The translations under genes and the position numbers were made by a program. From Spirochaetales bacterium (GTDB lineage Bacteria > Bacillota > Clostridia > Christensenellales > UBA1242): a DNA stretch of 64,000 bases. Below are positions 29,111-39,778 of the stretch, piece by piece (within the stretch, counting starts at the first letter, position 1; every line of letters begins with the position of its first letter). Where the stretch lies: assembly GCA_050178795.1 (NCBI GenBank), contig JBFXFT010000001.1:57513-121512 (forward strand), written 5' to 3'. The notes under the pieces are model-generated. The model had not been told where the DNA came from. It was given only the letters and a program-made list of their open reading frames with translations, and did not search any database.

Positions 29111-30267
29111 TATTTTTTATTAAGTTTATTCAAATATTGTTTGTATTGGGTATAATTTGCTTCATCGGAGTTGTTGTCAATTTCTTTAATCATCGCTTTT
29201 ACATCTTTGCTTAAAGTTTTTGGCATTTCAACTTCTACCGTTACAAATAGGTCACCCTTTGTGTCTCTTCTTAAACTCTTTATACCCTTATTTTTTATTT
29301 TAAAGGTTGAACCAGTTTGTGTTAATTCTGGAATTGTAAACTCAATTTTTTCCTTTATACCCGGAACTATTAGCGTTCCACCAAGTAGGCTAAGAGTGTA
29401 AGGAATTGGCACTTTAATGTATAGATTGTTGCCCTCTCTACGAAGTAGTTGGTGTTCCATTACAGATATTACAATTTTTAAGTCGCCTTTTGGTTGACCT
29501 TCCTTTCCTGCACTGCCCTCATTTTTAATGGTTAAAATTTGTCCATTATCTATTCCTGCTGGAATGGTTACAGATATTGTCCTATCTACCCTTACTTTTC
29601 CTGTGCCGTTACAGGTTCCACATTTTTCTTTTATTTGTTTACCAGTTCCGTTGCAGGCTTTACACTCTGAAACATTTGTCATTCTGCCAAACATTGTATC
29701 TTGCGTATATTGTTTTTTACCAAGTCCATTACAAGAGGAACAAGTATAATATTCAGTGCCATTTTTAGCACCAGTGCCCTTGCAGGCTTTACATTCTTCA
29801 TATCTTGTAATTCTTATATCTTTTTTAACACCTAGTGCTGCGTCTTCTAATGTTATGTCTAATTTGACCGCTATGTCTTCGCCTTTTACAGTTTTGCGTG
29901 AGGTCGTTGCACCAGCACCAAAGCCAGAAAACATATTAAATAGGTCTTCAAAACCGCCACTAAAAGAACCAGTATTGTTAAAGCCACCAAAACCAGAGAA
30001 TCCGCCAGTGCTACCACCAGCACCACCGCCAAAGCCCTTGAATTGTGGACCATCGGCAGAGCCATATTGGTCATAATTTGCACGCTTTGCTTTATCGCTC
30101 AGTACTTCGTTTGCCTCATTTATCTCTTTAAATTTATGAGCGGCATTTTCGTCGTCTTTATTTACGTCTGGGTGATACTTTTTAGCAAGTTTTCTGTAAG
30201 CAGATTTTATTTCGTCTTCTGTTGCATCTTTTTTAACGCCCAATATTTCGTAGTAATCTTTTGCCAC
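29110..30267 (-). CDS. dnaJ: Molecular chaperone DnaJ
   Basis: 385 aa (GTG start, SD AGGAGAG). Has a J domain (DYYEILGV...YHPD), a G/F region and four CxxCxGxG zinc motifs. Confidence 0.97.
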   Translation of the reverse strand: MAKDYYEILGVKKDATEDEIKSAYRKLAKKYHPDVNKDDENAAHKFKEINEANEVLSDKAKRANYDQYGSADGPQFKGFGGGAGGSTGGFSGFGGFNNTGSFSGGFEDLFNMFSGFGAGATTSRKTVKGEDIAVKLDITLEDAALGVKKDIRITRYEECKACKGTGAKNGTEYYTCSSCNGLGKKQYTQDTMFGRMTNVSECKACNGTGKQIKEKCGTCNGTGKVRVDRTISVTIPAGIDNGQILTIKNEGSAGKEGQPKGDLKIVISVMEHQLLRREGNNLYIKVPIPYTLSLLGGTLIVPGIKEKIEFTIPELTQTGSTFKIKNKGIKSLRRDTKGDLFVTVEVEMPKTLSKDVKAMIKEIDNNSDEANYTQYKQYLNKLNKK

Positions 30268-30363
30268 TATAGCTCTCCTAAAATTTTAATTTTTGTTTAT
30301 AGTATGTGCGTGCAAACTAATTTTTGCACGCAACAATCTATAAAATTTTAAAAAGGTTTGGAA

Positions 30364-32205
30364 TTAATTTTTTTTGTCGTCGTCTGAACTTGTTTTATAG
30401 TCGCCCTCGTGCACTTCGTAGTCCTTAGCGTTTGCACCTTGTGCGCCGTCTTGTTTAGCGTTATTGCCAACATTTTCGTAAAGTTTGCTAAATACATCAT
30501 TACTAATTGTTGTCAATTTTTCAAGTTCTTTCTTAATTGCTTCAAGATCTTCACCTGCGAACACCTTTTTAGCCTCTTCAATGGCCTTTTGTAGTCTCTC
30601 TTTTTCTGCTGAGCCCAACTTATCGCCATTGTCTCTTAGAGTCTTTTCAATGCTAAATACAAAGCCATCTGCTTGGTTTTTAGTATCTACCAACTCTCTG
30701 CGCTTTTTGTCTTCTTCTGCGTGCGCTTCTGCTTCTTTAATTGCTTTATTTATGTCTTCGTCTTTCAAGTTAGTGCTTGCGGTAATCTTAATGCTTTGTT
30801 GTTTATTTGTACCTAAGTCTTTTGCACTTACTGAAACGATACCGTTTGCATCAATATCAAAAGTAACTTCAATTTGAGGTACGCCTCTTGGTGCAGGTGG
30901 AAGGTCTATTAGGCTAAATCTGCCTAGAGTCTTGTTGCCACTTGCAAACTCTCTTTCACCTTGTAAAACGTGAATGTCTACGCCTGGTTGATTGTCGCTT
31001 GCCGTACTAAATACTTGGCTCTTTTTAGTTGGGATTGTAGTATTTCTTTCAATTAATTTAGTGAATACTCCGCCCAAGGTTTCAATGCCAAGGCTAAGTG
31101 GTGTAACATCAAGTAGTAGTACATCTTTAACTTCTCCTGCTAATACGCCGCCTTGAATTGCAGCGCCAATTGCAACTGCTTCGTCTGGGTTGATGCCCTT
31201 GTAAGCCTCTTTGCCCATTTCTTTTTCTACTGCTGTTACAACCATTGGAATACGTGTAGAACCGCCTACCAAAATAACTTTGTCTATTTGACTTGGACTT
31301 AACTTAGCATCTTTTAATGCAAGTTTAATCTTTTCAATACTGCCCTTTATATAGTCCTCAATTAAAGACTCAAATTTTGCCCTTGTTAGGTCATACTCTA
31401 AGTGTTTTGGACCTGTTGCGTCTGCTGTTATAAATGGCAAGTTGATTGTAGTTTTAGCGACAGAAGAAAGTTCAATTTTTGCTTTTTCTGCTGCCTCTTT
31501 AAGCCTTTGCATAGCAAGTTTATCTTTGCTTAAATCTATGCCGTTGCTCTTTTTAAACTCGTCAACAAGTAGTTCAATAATTCTTTGGTCAAAGTCGTCT
31601 CCACCAAGTCTATTGTTACCGTTTGTTGCAAGAACTTCAAATACGCCGTCGCCAATTTCAAGTATGGATACATCAAATGTACCGCCACCAAGGTCATAAA
31701 CCATAATTTTTTGGCTCTTATTTTCGCCTTTATCTAGTCCGTAGGCTAGCGCTGCTGCCGTTGGCTCGTTAATTATACGCAAAACTTCAAGTCCTGCAAT
31801 TTTACCTGCGTCCTTTGTTGCTTGTCTTTGGCTGTCTGTAAAGTATGCTGGCACTGTAATAACTGCTTGAGTTACTTTGCCGCCAAGATAACTTTCAGCA
31901 TCAGATTTTAGTTTGCCTAAAATCATAGCGCTTATTTCTTGTGGTGAATACTCTTTGCCGCCAAGGTGTGCTCTATAAGAGTTTCCCATTTCCCTTTTAA
32001 TGGATGAAATTGTATTGTCAGAGTTTGCAACTGCTTGACGCTTTGCAACTTGACCTACAAGTCTTTCTCCATCTTTATTTAATGCTACTACAGAAGGGGT
32101 TGTACGATTGCCTTCTGTATTTGGTATGACTGTTGGCTTTCCTCCTTCCATTACAGCCACACATGAGTTTGTTGTTCCTAAGTCTATTCCTATTACTTTA
32201 CTCAT
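30364..32205 (-). CDS. dnaK: Molecular chaperone DnaK (Hsp70)
   Basis: 613 aa with motifs [24 protein letters not shown] and VGGSTRIP. Confidence 0.98.
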   Translation of the reverse strand: MSKVIGIDLGTTNSCVAVMEGGKPTVIPNTEGNRTTPSVVALNKDGERLVGQVAKRQAVANSDNTISSIKREMGNSYRAHLGGKEYSPQEISAMILGKLKSDAESYLGGKVTQAVITVPAYFTDSQRQATKDAGKIAGLEVLRIINEPTAAALAYGLDKGENKSQKIMVYDLGGGTFDVSILEIGDGVFEVLATNGNNRLGGDDFDQRIIELLVDEFKKSNGIDLSKDKLAMQRLKEAAEKAKIELSSVAKTTINLPFITADATGPKHLEYDLTRAKFESLIEDYIKGSIEKIKLALKDAKLSPSQIDKVILVGGSTRIPMVVTAVEKEMGKEAYKGINPDEAVAIGAAIQGGVLAGEVKDVLLLDVTPLSLGIETLGGVFTKLIERNTTIPTKKSQVFSTASDNQPGVDIHVLQGEREFASGNKTLGRFSLIDLPPAPRGVPQIEVTFDIDANGIVSVSAKDLGTNKQQSIKITASTNLKDEDINKAIKEAEAHAEEDKKRRELVDTKNQADGFVFSIEKTLRDNGDKLGSAEKERLQKAIEEAKKVFAGEDLEAIKKELEKLTTISNDVFSKLYENVGNNAKQDGAQGANAKDYEVHEGDYKTSSDDDKKN

Positions 32206-32275
32206 ATTGTTTTTCTCCTTTGTATTTTTAAAAAATTTTATCTTTTGTATACATAAACACGTTTTAAGTGTGTGT

Positions 32276-32833
32276 TTAGCCGTTTATTTTGACTACCGAA
32301 TGTCTTATAACCTTATCGTTTAGTCTGTAACCTTCTTGCAAAACTTCTAAAATTAGTCCGCTCTCTTTAGTCTTGTCTTCTCCCATCATTATTACGTTGT
32401 GTAAATTTGGGTCAAACTGCTTACCTAAAGCGTCAATCTGCTCCACGCCAATGTTTTTAAGCGCCGTAAGCAATTGCTCTTTTACTAGTTGAAAGCCTAC
32501 TAATTCTTCCTTTTTAACTTGCTTTTCAGCGACATTTAAACTGTCTAAAACTGGAAGTAGTTTCTCTACCACAAACACTATGCCTTCTGCTTTTGCTTGG
32601 ATTGCTAAAAGTTCGTTGCGCTTTCTGTAATTGTCAAATTCGGCTTGTGTGCGTTGTAATAAATTTAAGTACTCGTTTGCCTTTTCTTTCTCTTTTTCGC
32701 AATCACAGGTTCTGTGGGTCGCGTGAGTTTTATGCTCCTCTCCACAGTTTTCACAGTGCTCGTGGTGATGCTCTTTTTCACCCGTCTTTTTTTGTATGTG
32801 TTCTTTTAAATCTTCTTTGTTTGTATTACTCAT
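32276..32833 (-). CDS. grpE: Nucleotide exchange factor GrpE with His/Cys-rich N-terminal extension
   Basis: 185 aa. The core is ...[14 protein letters not shown]...[16 protein letters not shown]. The N-terminus is [28 protein letters not shown]. Confidence 0.93.
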   Translation of the reverse strand: MSNTNKEDLKEHIQKKTGEKEHHHEHCENCGEEHKTHATHRTCDCEKEKEKANEYLNLLQRTQAEFDNYRKRNELLAIQAKAEGIVFVVEKLLPVLDSLNVAEKQVKKEELVGFQLVKEQLLTALKNIGVEQIDALGKQFDPNLHNVIMMGEDKTKESGLILEVLQEGYRLNDKVIRHSVVKING

Positions 32834-32842
32834 AAGTCCTCC

Positions 32843-33910
32843 TTATTCGTCATCTTTTTTATTTAAGTTCATCGGTAATTGTTTTATTACGGTTAGTTCG
32901 CTAACCAAATATTTTAAAACCGCTGCGACTTTTGAATAGTTCATCCTTTGTGGTCCAATTATTCCTATGCTTGCCACGTTATTGCCGTTTACAGTATAGT
33001 TTGCAGTAATTACTCCACAACTTGATAAGTCCTCGTGCTCGTTTTCTGTACCTATTGAGAAACTTATGTCTGAATAGTTGTCTTTATGTTTAAATATGTT
33101 TTTTAACTCGTTTTCATCTTCTAGAACGTGGAGAACTTTTTTTGCAGAATCTATATCGGCGTATTCAGGGTTATTAAGCAGTTTAATACTGCCCTCGCTC
33201 GCTAGTCTTGCGTTGTTCCTGCTAGATAAATCAATTAAACAATTAGTTAAAATGTTAAATATGTTCTTGTAGTCAGATAAATCTTCCCTCATTTCCCTTT
33301 TATAGGTGTTTATGTTTAAAATCATATCTGCGATGGTGCGACCTTTAAAATGAGAAGTTAAGAAGTTACTTGCGTCCCTGCATACATCTTCATTTATGTT
33401 TTCTGTAACATCAATAGTATTATTAATTATGCCTGTGCTCGTAGTTATTAAAACAACTGCTCGGCTACCTATTACAGGTATTATTTTTACACTTTGCACG
33501 GTCAATTTGTCAAAACCGTTTAAAACAACAACCGCTGGATAATTAGTCGCCTTGCTTATTGTCTTTGCAATATTTGTTACAATGTCTTCCAAACTGTTTG
33601 TTCTTTCTGCAAACATTTGCTTTACAATTTCTAGGCTTTTTGAGTCAAATTCTGCCTCGTTCATAAGTTCATCTACAAATAACCTATATGCTTTTGTAGT
33701 TGGCACTCTTCCACCAGAAGTGTGTAGTTGCTTTAAATAGCCCATTGCTTCAAGTGCGTTAAGTTCGTTTCTTAGAGTTGCAGTGCTTATGTCTGCTAAA
33801 TACTTGTCGTGCACCGCTCCACTCGTTATTGGCTCGGCAGTTTCAATGTAATCTTCAATGGTATTTCGCAAAATTTTTAACTTTCTTTCGCTTAATATCT
33901 CTCTTTCCAA
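32843..33910 (-). CDS. hrcA: Heat-inducible transcription repressor HrcA
   Basis: 355 aa (TTG start), ...LSERKLKILRNTIEDYIETAEPITSGAV...LRNELNALEAMGYLKQLHTSGGRVPT.... First gene of hrcA-grpE-dnaK-dnaJ, with CIRCE upstream. Confidence 0.93.
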   Translation of the reverse strand: MEREILSERKLKILRNTIEDYIETAEPITSGAVHDKYLADISTATLRNELNALEAMGYLKQLHTSGGRVPTTKAYRLFVDELMNEAEFDSKSLEIVKQMFAERTNSLEDIVTNIAKTISKATNYPAVVVLNGFDKLTVQSVKIIPVIGSRAVVLITTSTGIINNTIDVTENINEDVCRDASNFLTSHFKGRTIADMILNINTYKREMREDLSDYKNIFNILTNCLIDLSSRNNARLASEGSIKLLNNPEYADIDSAKKVLHVLEDENELKNIFKHKDNYSDISFSIGTENEHEDLSSCGVITANYTVNGNNVASIGIIGPQRMNYSKVAAVLKYLVSELTVIKQLPMNLNKKDDE

Positions 33911-33942
33911 AGTGTCCCCCTATCATAAATTTTAGTAGAGTG

Positions 33943-33969
33943 TTAGCACTCGTTATTTATGATTGCTAA
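33943..33969. promoter_or_regulatory. CIRCE operator (HrcA binding site)
   Basis: TTAGCACTC-GTTATTTAT-GATTGCTAA. It matches the consensus TTAGCACTC-N9-GAGTGCTAA with one mismatch and lies ~35 nt upstream of hrcA. Confidence 0.85.
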
Positions 33970-34059
33970 ATTATTATAACACCAATAAAATATTTGTCAA
34001 ACAATTTCTGACAAATTTTTTAAATTATTTTTGGGTTAAAATTTACAAGTTTTTACCTA

Positions 34060-34088
34060 TTAAAAAAAGAGGCTTTAACCTCTTTTTA
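34060..34088 (-). terminator. hemW terminator
   Basis: Minus strand reads AGAGG-TTAAAG-CCTCT followed by TTTTTTTAAT. Confidence 0.6.
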
Positions 34089-34090
34089 TA

Positions 34091-35230
34091 TTATGATGTT
34101 AACTCTAAAACTATTTTATTTAAAACTTGCATACCTTTTTCGGTCAAATACATAAAAGTACCATTAAAGCGTATAAAACCTTTTATTAAAAACTCTTCTA
34201 CTGCCTTTTGTTTTAATTTTATTAAGTTCTCATTAAATAATTTACTGTACTCAGTTAAATCAATACCTATAGTTTTTCTAAGTCCTAACATTATAAACTC
34301 TTCTTTTTGCTCTTCTATTGTTAGTTCTATTAATTCTTCATATTCTAACTTTTTATTTTCTATATTTTTTAAATATGTATCTAAAACTTCTGTGTTATTA
34401 AAGCGAGTGTTGCCAATTTTGCTGTGAGCGGCTAATCCTATTCCCAAATAGTCGTCTAAATCCCAATATTTTAAGTTGTGTTTGCACTCATAGCCTTCTT
34501 TTGCGTAATTGCTTACTTCATACCTTTTGAAGACGGCTTTTTTAAGTGCTTTAAGTACATAGTTTTGCATTTTTAGGTTAAGTTTTTCGCTTATTTCTTT
34601 GTACTCGTGAGACTTAACTTTGTTATATAGCGGTGTACCCTCCTCCAAAATTAGGTCGTATACAGATATGTGGGTAACCTTTTGTTTAATAAGCAGTCTT
34701 ATAGATGCCTTTAAATCTCTCAAACTTTGTGTTGGTAGTCCTAGCATTAAATCGGCGTTTATGTTTTCAAACTTCGTCTCTTTTACTAACGCTAGTGCAT
34801 TTAAAAACTCTTCCTTAGTGTGTGGACGATTAAGCAGTTTTAAAAGCCTATCACTTGCACTTTGAAAACCTATGCTTATTCTATTGATTCCTGCCATTTT
34901 GTATTCTTGCAGTTTTTCCTTTGTTATGCTGTCTGGGTTGCATTCAATGGTTATTTCGGCCTTACTTGCCACATCAAAGTTTTGTTTTACGGCGCTCATA
35001 ATTTTTAGTATTGACCCAACTGGCAAAAAACTTGGCGTACCACCACCTAAAAATATGGTATCTACCTTTTTGTTTTTGTAAGTTTTTGAAGTGAGTAAAA
35101 TTTCAGATACTAACGCGTCAATATAGTTTTCCATAACTTCTTTTCCAGCAGGAAAAGAAATAAAGGAACAATAAGCACATTTGCTTTTGCAAAACGGTAT
35201 GTGAATGTATAGTGCTAAATTATTTTTCAT
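34091..35230 (-). CDS. hemW: Radical SAM heme chaperone HemW (HemN-like, coproporphyrinogen III oxidase family)
   Basis: 379 aa. Motifs LYIHIPFCKSKCAYCSF (CxxxCxxC) and ...FLGGGTPS.... Located between lepA and hrcA, as in Bacillus. Confidence 0.88.
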   Translation of the reverse strand: MKNNLALYIHIPFCKSKCAYCSFISFPAGKEVMENYIDALVSEILLTSKTYKNKKVDTIFLGGGTPSFLPVGSILKIMSAVKQNFDVASKAEITIECNPDSITKEKLQEYKMAGINRISIGFQSASDRLLKLLNRPHTKEEFLNALALVKETKFENINADLMLGLPTQSLRDLKASIRLLIKQKVTHISVYDLILEEGTPLYNKVKSHEYKEISEKLNLKMQNYVLKALKKAVFKRYEVSNYAKEGYECKHNLKYWDLDDYLGIGLAAHSKIGNTRFNNTEVLDTYLKNIENKKLEYEELIELTIEEQKEEFIMLGLRKTIGIDLTEYSKLFNENLIKLKQKAVEEFLIKGFIRFNGTFMYLTEKGMQVLNKIVLELTS

Positions 35231-35318
35231 AACAAATTAAAAAACCTTTTTTATTTAAGTATTATTTATGGTATATTAATTGTAACATATAATAAAGAAT
35301 TTTAGAGGACTTTTTTTA

Positions 35319-36281
35319 ATGAATTTTGCTTATGTTACCTTTTTAATAAAAAATGATAGTTATGTGCCAGGTGCACTTGCCTTTGCCTACGCCTTAAAAA
35401 AGCAAAACACCAAATATGACCTACTTTGTTTTGTAAGTAAAGACATAAGCGAAGACGCTGTAAAAAGCCTTAAAGTTTTATATGACAAGGTAGTTTTTAC
35501 CGAGCAAATAGAGGTGGAAAACAAGCGCAAATACTCTAGGCAAGATGTAAAACTTTTGTTTAACCGCTTTAATGCCCTACTTTTAGAAGATGATACGGTT
35601 GCAGGCAAAAAATATGACAAAATAATAATTGCCGACTGCGATGTTCTACCAATTAAAATGTGGGACACGTTGTTTGAAATTACTGCCCCAGCAGGAATAA
35701 TAAATGAAAGCAAACTTCACACAATGGAATATGATGAAAACGGCAGATACATAATACCAAAAAATTATGAAAAAACAACCGAGTGGAAATGGCACGAAAT
35801 TTATAAAGACTACCCTCACGGAACGCTTTTACCAAAAGAAATTACAGATAGAGTAAATACAGATAACGAAAATATGGGCGTAAATTCTGGGCTTTACCTG
35901 CTTACGCCAAGTGTAGAACTATACAAAAGTATTTTAGACGACCTGCAAAATGAAACAGAAAAGAAAAAAATACACAACTATAATTGGCCAGAAATGCAGT
36001 ACCTAACTCAAAAACTAAGTGGCTCGTGGCACAATATTGACATAAAATACAATAGCATAAGCGGTTACCCCACTTTGGAACACATTTACGGAATACACTT
36101 TGTGGGGCTAAAACCTTGGAGTTTTAACAACAAGAGTTTAAAAACATTTTCGCGCTACCCAGATTTTAAATTGTGGCACAAAACATATAACGAAATGTTA
36201 AATGACTACCCACAACTTTTGACAAACTATAAATTAAAAAATTTAGAGAGCAAAATTTTCAAATTGCAACAAAACAATTAA
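35319..36281 (+). CDS. Glycosyltransferase family 8 (glycogenin-like)
   Basis: 320 aa. N-terminal AYVTFL...YVPGALAFAYALKK, DxD-type IIADCDVL, NSGLYLL, and late H..G.KPW. Confidence 0.75.
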   Translation: MNFAYVTFLIKNDSYVPGALAFAYALKKQNTKYDLLCFVSKDISEDAVKSLKVLYDKVVFTEQIEVENKRKYSRQDVKLLFNRFNALLLEDDTVAGKKYDKIIIADCDVLPIKMWDTLFEITAPAGIINESKLHTMEYDENGRYIIPKNYEKTTEWKWHEIYKDYPHGTLLPKEITDRVNTDNENMGVNSGLYLLTPSVELYKSILDDLQNETEKKKIHNYNWPEMQYLTQKLSGSWHNIDIKYNSISGYPTLEHIYGIHFVGLKPWSFNNKSLKTFSRYPDFKLWHKTYNEMLNDYPQLLTNYKLKNLESKIFKLQQNN

Positions 36282-36282
36282 A

Positions 36283-36312
36283 GGTCATAACTTACATTAT
36301 GACTTTTTATTT
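36283..36312 (+). terminator. terminator after the GT8 gene
   Basis: GTCATAA-CTTACA-TTATGAC followed by TTTTTATTTT. Confidence 0.55.
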
Positions 36313-36381
36313 TACATTTATAAAAAAGAGGACTACAATTAAAATATATGTGCTTAATAAAAAGTTTTATTGAGGAAAATT

Positions 36382-37473
36382 ATGGAAAAAGTTAAAAAAT
36401 ATTTGGTAACTGGGGCAACTGGGCATATCGGAGTTGCACTTTTGCACGAATTAAAGGCACAAAACAAGTTTGTTCGTGTCATGGTTGTACCCGGCGAAAA
36501 TTATGCTTACATAAAGGGTTTATATGATGAATTGGTATTCGCCGATGTGACAAGCAAATCAAGTTTGTTTATGGCGTTTAAAGACATTGACAGCGTCTTT
36601 CACTTGGCTGGAATAATTACAATAGGTGCAGAGGATAAAAAACTATTAAAATCTGTCAATATTGAGGGCACAAAAAATGTGCTTGAAGCGGCAAAAAACG
36701 CAAAAGTAAAAAGGCTAGTATACACTTCTAGCGTGCACGCCATTAATGTATTAAAAAAGGGTGCAAAAATGACTGAGCAAAAGAGTTATAGCCCTAAAAA
36801 ATTGACTGGTGAATATGCAAAAAGCAAAGCAACAGCCACACAACTAGTCATGGACGCCAATGGCGAATACCTTGAAACCATTGTAACCTTCCCTAGTGGC
36901 GTAATTGGACCTTATGCCTATAAACGCAGTAACATAGGTCAATTAATAATGGATTACAAAAACAAAAAAATACCTATGTTCTTTAAAGGTGCTTATAATT
37001 ATGTTGATGTTAGAGATGTCGCACACGGACTAGCGCGTGCCGAAGAAGTGGGACGAGCAGGAGAAGGCTATATTTTGAGCGGTCACGCTATGGGTGTTGA
37101 AGATATGTTAAAAATCTTGGAAACTGAGACTGGAATTAAGCGTCCAAAATCTAAGATTCCTGTAAAATTATTGCAAATAGTTATGCCACTTGCAGAACTA
37201 TATTACAAGGTGCGCAATTTAAAACCAGTATTTACAAGATATTCACTATACACCCTAAATGTTAACTGTGATTTTTCATCTGAAAAGGCACAAAAAGAAC
37301 TTGGCTTTAACCCTCGCCCACTTGAAGAAAGTTTTAAAGACGAAATTAAATTTATGCTAGGCGAAAAACCAAAAAATAAAGAGGAATTTGAACCAACCTC
37401 TAAAACTACTATTAATGCCGCAAAACCACACAAAAGTGCTATAAATGAAAATACCCATACTAACGAAAAATAG
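36382..37473 (+). CDS. NAD(P)-dependent epimerase/dehydratase (extended SDR family)
   Basis: Start is at ATG 36382 behind GAGGAAA. Contains the Rossmann motif VTGATGHIG and catalytic Y..SK (YAKSK). The C-terminal ~40 aa are low-complexity and Lys/Pro-rich. Confidence 0.8.
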   Translation: MEKVKKYLVTGATGHIGVALLHELKAQNKFVRVMVVPGENYAYIKGLYDELVFADVTSKSSLFMAFKDIDSVFHLAGIITIGAEDKKLLKSVNIEGTKNVLEAAKNAKVKRLVYTSSVHAINVLKKGAKMTEQKSYSPKKLTGEYAKSKATATQLVMDANGEYLETIVTFPSGVIGPYAYKRSNIGQLIMDYKNKKIPMFFKGAYNYVDVRDVAHGLARAEEVGRAGEGYILSGHAMGVEDMLKILETETGIKRPKSKIPVKLLQIVMPLAELYYKVRNLKPVFTRYSLYTLNVNCDFSSEKAQKELGFNPRPLEESFKDEIKFMLGEKPKNKEEFEPTSKTTINAAKPHKSAINENTHTNEK

Positions 37474-37490
37474 GGTAAAATAACAACATT

Positions 37491-37527
37491 AAAAAAGAAT
37501 GGCTAAATTTATGCCATTCTTTTTTTA
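37491..37527. terminator. bidirectional terminator (SDR gene / small minus-strand ORF)
   Basis: A-run, AGAATGGC, 9-nt loop, GCCATTCT, TTTTTT. Confidence 0.75.
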
Positions 37528-37541
37528 CTAGCTTTCAACAT

Positions 37542-37634
37542 CTACTTTTTTACTGGTTTTTTTGGTGCTGGTTTAGCTTCAACCTTTGGTGCAGGTTTAG
37601 GTGCTGGAGCTGCTTTTTTTACTTCTTTTACCAT
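37542..37634 (-). CDS. Candidate 30-aa Lys/Pro/Ala-rich small protein (unannotated sORF)
   Basis: Below the ORF-track size cutoff. ATG lies 9 nt after GGAGGT. Translation is MVKEVKKAAPAPKPAPKVEAKPAPKKPVKK*. A candidate promoter lies upstream (TTTACT, 17 nt, TATAAT) and a terminator immediately downstream. Confidence 0.35.
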   Translation of the reverse strand: MVKEVKKAAPAPKPAPKVEAKPAPKKPVKK

Positions 37635-37782
37635 TTTATTTTACCTCCATATTTGGATGATATCAATATTATATTCCTGCCAATTTTTAAAGTAAAATAA
37701 AATAATATATATTTCTATAACATTTTCTTTCTTTGTGCAAATTGACGATAAAATGTATCATAACATAAATTATAAACTCAAC

Positions 37783-37821
37783 AAAAAAACGGTAAGATTT
37801 ACAAAATATTACCGTTTTGTT
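37783..37821 (-). terminator. lepA terminator
   Basis: Minus strand reads AACGGTAA, 13-nt loop, TTACCGTT, followed by TTTTTTGTTG. Confidence 0.7.
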
Positions 37822-37822
37822 T

Positions 37823-39619
37823 TTAAATTTTTAGTATGGACATAAAAGCATCTGACGGCACTTCAACTGAGCCTACTTGACGCATACGCTTTTTGCCTCG
37901 TTTTTGCTTCTCTAAAAGTTTCTTTTTACGCGTAATGTCTCCGCCGTAGCACTTACTTAAAACGTCTTTACGAAGCGCTTTTACAGTTTCACGCGCAATT
38001 ATTTTACTGCCTATTGCCGCTTGAATAGGTATTTCAAAAAGTTGTCTTGGTATTACTTCTTTTAATTTTTCTACAATTGCTTTGCCTTTTTCGTAGGCTT
38101 TTGTCCTATGCACTATTAAACTTAATGCATCTGTAATTTCGCCGTTTAATAAAATGTCTAGCCTTATTAGGTCACTCTTTTGGTAGCCTGTTATTTCGTA
38201 CTCCATACTAGCATAGCCTTTTGTTTTACTTTTTAGGCTATCAAAAAAGTCGTAAATAATTTCGTTTAGTGGTATTTCGTAAGTTAAATTTACCCTTTTT
38301 GCGTCTAGGTAGTTCATATCTATTTGCGTGCCACGTTTACTTTGAGTCAAATCCATAATTGCGCCAACATACTCTGGCGGGCTAAATATGTGCATTTTTA
38401 CAACCGGTTCTTCTAAATAGTCAACTTCTTGCGGTTTTGGTAAGTTTACAGGGTTTGAAACGACCATCATTGAACCGTCATTTTTGTGTACTTTATAACT
38501 AACGCCAGGTGCAGTTGTAACTATGTCTAGGTCAAACTCTCTTTCAAGTCTTTCTTGTATTATTTCCATGTGAAGTAACCCTAAAAAGCCACATCTAAAA
38601 CCAAAGCCAAGTGCCTTACTAACTTCTGGCTCAAAAGATAGAGATGCATCGTTTAATTTAAGTTTTTCAAGTGCGTCTTTTAGGTCGTTATATTTGCTGC
38701 CGTCGCTAGAAAATATACCGCAATAAACCATTGGGGTAACCTCTTTGTAGCCGTGCAAAGGCTCTAAGGCTTGGTTTAGTGCGTTTGTAATTGTGTCGCC
38801 TACCCTAGTCTCCGAAACATTTTTAATGCTAGCCGTCAAATAGCCAACATCGCCAGCCGTCAAAATATCAGTCGTTTTTGTAGTAGGTGTAAATATGCCA
38901 ACCTCAACTACATCAAACTCTTTTTCTGTCCTCATCATTCTTATTTTGTCGCCAGCTTTTACCTCTCCGTCTACTATTCTTATAAGACAAACTGCACCTT
39001 TATAATTATCGTAATAACTGTCAAAAATTAGAGCTTTTAATGGTTTTTCTGGGTTGCCTGTTGGACTTGGAAAATATTTTACAACGGCGTCCAAAACTTC
39101 GCCTATATTTGTACCATTTTTAGCGCTTATAAGTGGTGCATAACTTGCGTCTATTCCTATTGCGTCTTCAATTTCCTTTTTGGTGCCCTCTGGATCTGCA
39201 CTCGGTAAATCTATTTTATTTATTACTGGCAAAATTTCCAAATTTTGCGAACTCGCTAGGTATACATTGGCTAGGGTTTGCGCCTCAACGCCTTGGCTTG
39301 CGTCAACTATTAAAATTGCACCTTCACAAGCAGCAAGAGAGCGTGAAACCTCATAAGTAAAGTCCACGTGCCCTGGGGTATCTATTAAGTTTAGTGTATA
39401 TTCAATGCCGTCTTTATGGTATTTCATAGTTGTTGGAGCAAGTTTTATTGTTATGCCCCTTTCTTGTTCTATTTCCATACTGTCTAGTTGTTGGTCTTTC
39501 ATATCGCGTTTTTGCATGGTACCAGTATACTCAATTAGCCTGTCTGCTAGAGTACTCTTGCCGTGGTCTATGTGTGCCACTATACAAAAATTTCTTACGT
39601 ATTTTTGGTTATCGCTCAT
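37823..39619 (-). CDS. lepA: Translation elongation factor 4 (LepA)
   Basis: 598 aa. Motifs [32 protein letters not shown], and the characteristic C-terminal domain ...[21 protein letters not shown]... Confidence 0.97.
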   Translation of the reverse strand: MSDNQKYVRNFCIVAHIDHGKSTLADRLIEYTGTMQKRDMKDQQLDSMEIEQERGITIKLAPTTMKYHKDGIEYTLNLIDTPGHVDFTYEVSRSLAACEGAILIVDASQGVEAQTLANVYLASSQNLEILPVINKIDLPSADPEGTKKEIEDAIGIDASYAPLISAKNGTNIGEVLDAVVKYFPSPTGNPEKPLKALIFDSYYDNYKGAVCLIRIVDGEVKAGDKIRMMRTEKEFDVVEVGIFTPTTKTTDILTAGDVGYLTASIKNVSETRVGDTITNALNQALEPLHGYKEVTPMVYCGIFSSDGSKYNDLKDALEKLKLNDASLSFEPEVSKALGFGFRCGFLGLLHMEIIQERLEREFDLDIVTTAPGVSYKVHKNDGSMMVVSNPVNLPKPQEVDYLEEPVVKMHIFSPPEYVGAIMDLTQSKRGTQIDMNYLDAKRVNLTYEIPLNEIIYDFFDSLKSKTKGYASMEYEITGYQKSDLIRLDILLNGEITDALSLIVHRTKAYEKGKAIVEKLKEVIPRQLFEIPIQAAIGSKIIARETVKALRKDVLSKCYGGDITRKKKLLEKQKRGKKRMRQVGSVEVPSDAFMSILKI

Positions 39620-39778
39620 TTAAAATAATGTACCTTTAAAATTTATTGTCTTTTTCATTATATTGTAAGTTTGACATTTTGGCAACAATTTTTAAAAGCG
39701 TATAAAAAAATAGAGTTATTTTACTAGTAAAAAATGGCTATAAGTGGTAATATTGTCTTATAAAAAATAGGAGTTTGT

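Noticed and set aside
30307-30332. 10-bp-stem hairpin (TGCGTGCAAA/TTTGCACGCA) between dnaK and dnaJ as a terminator
   Set aside because: No U-tract follows on the transcribed (minus) strand. It is more likely an intra-operon mRNA processing or stability element, so I did not call it a terminator.
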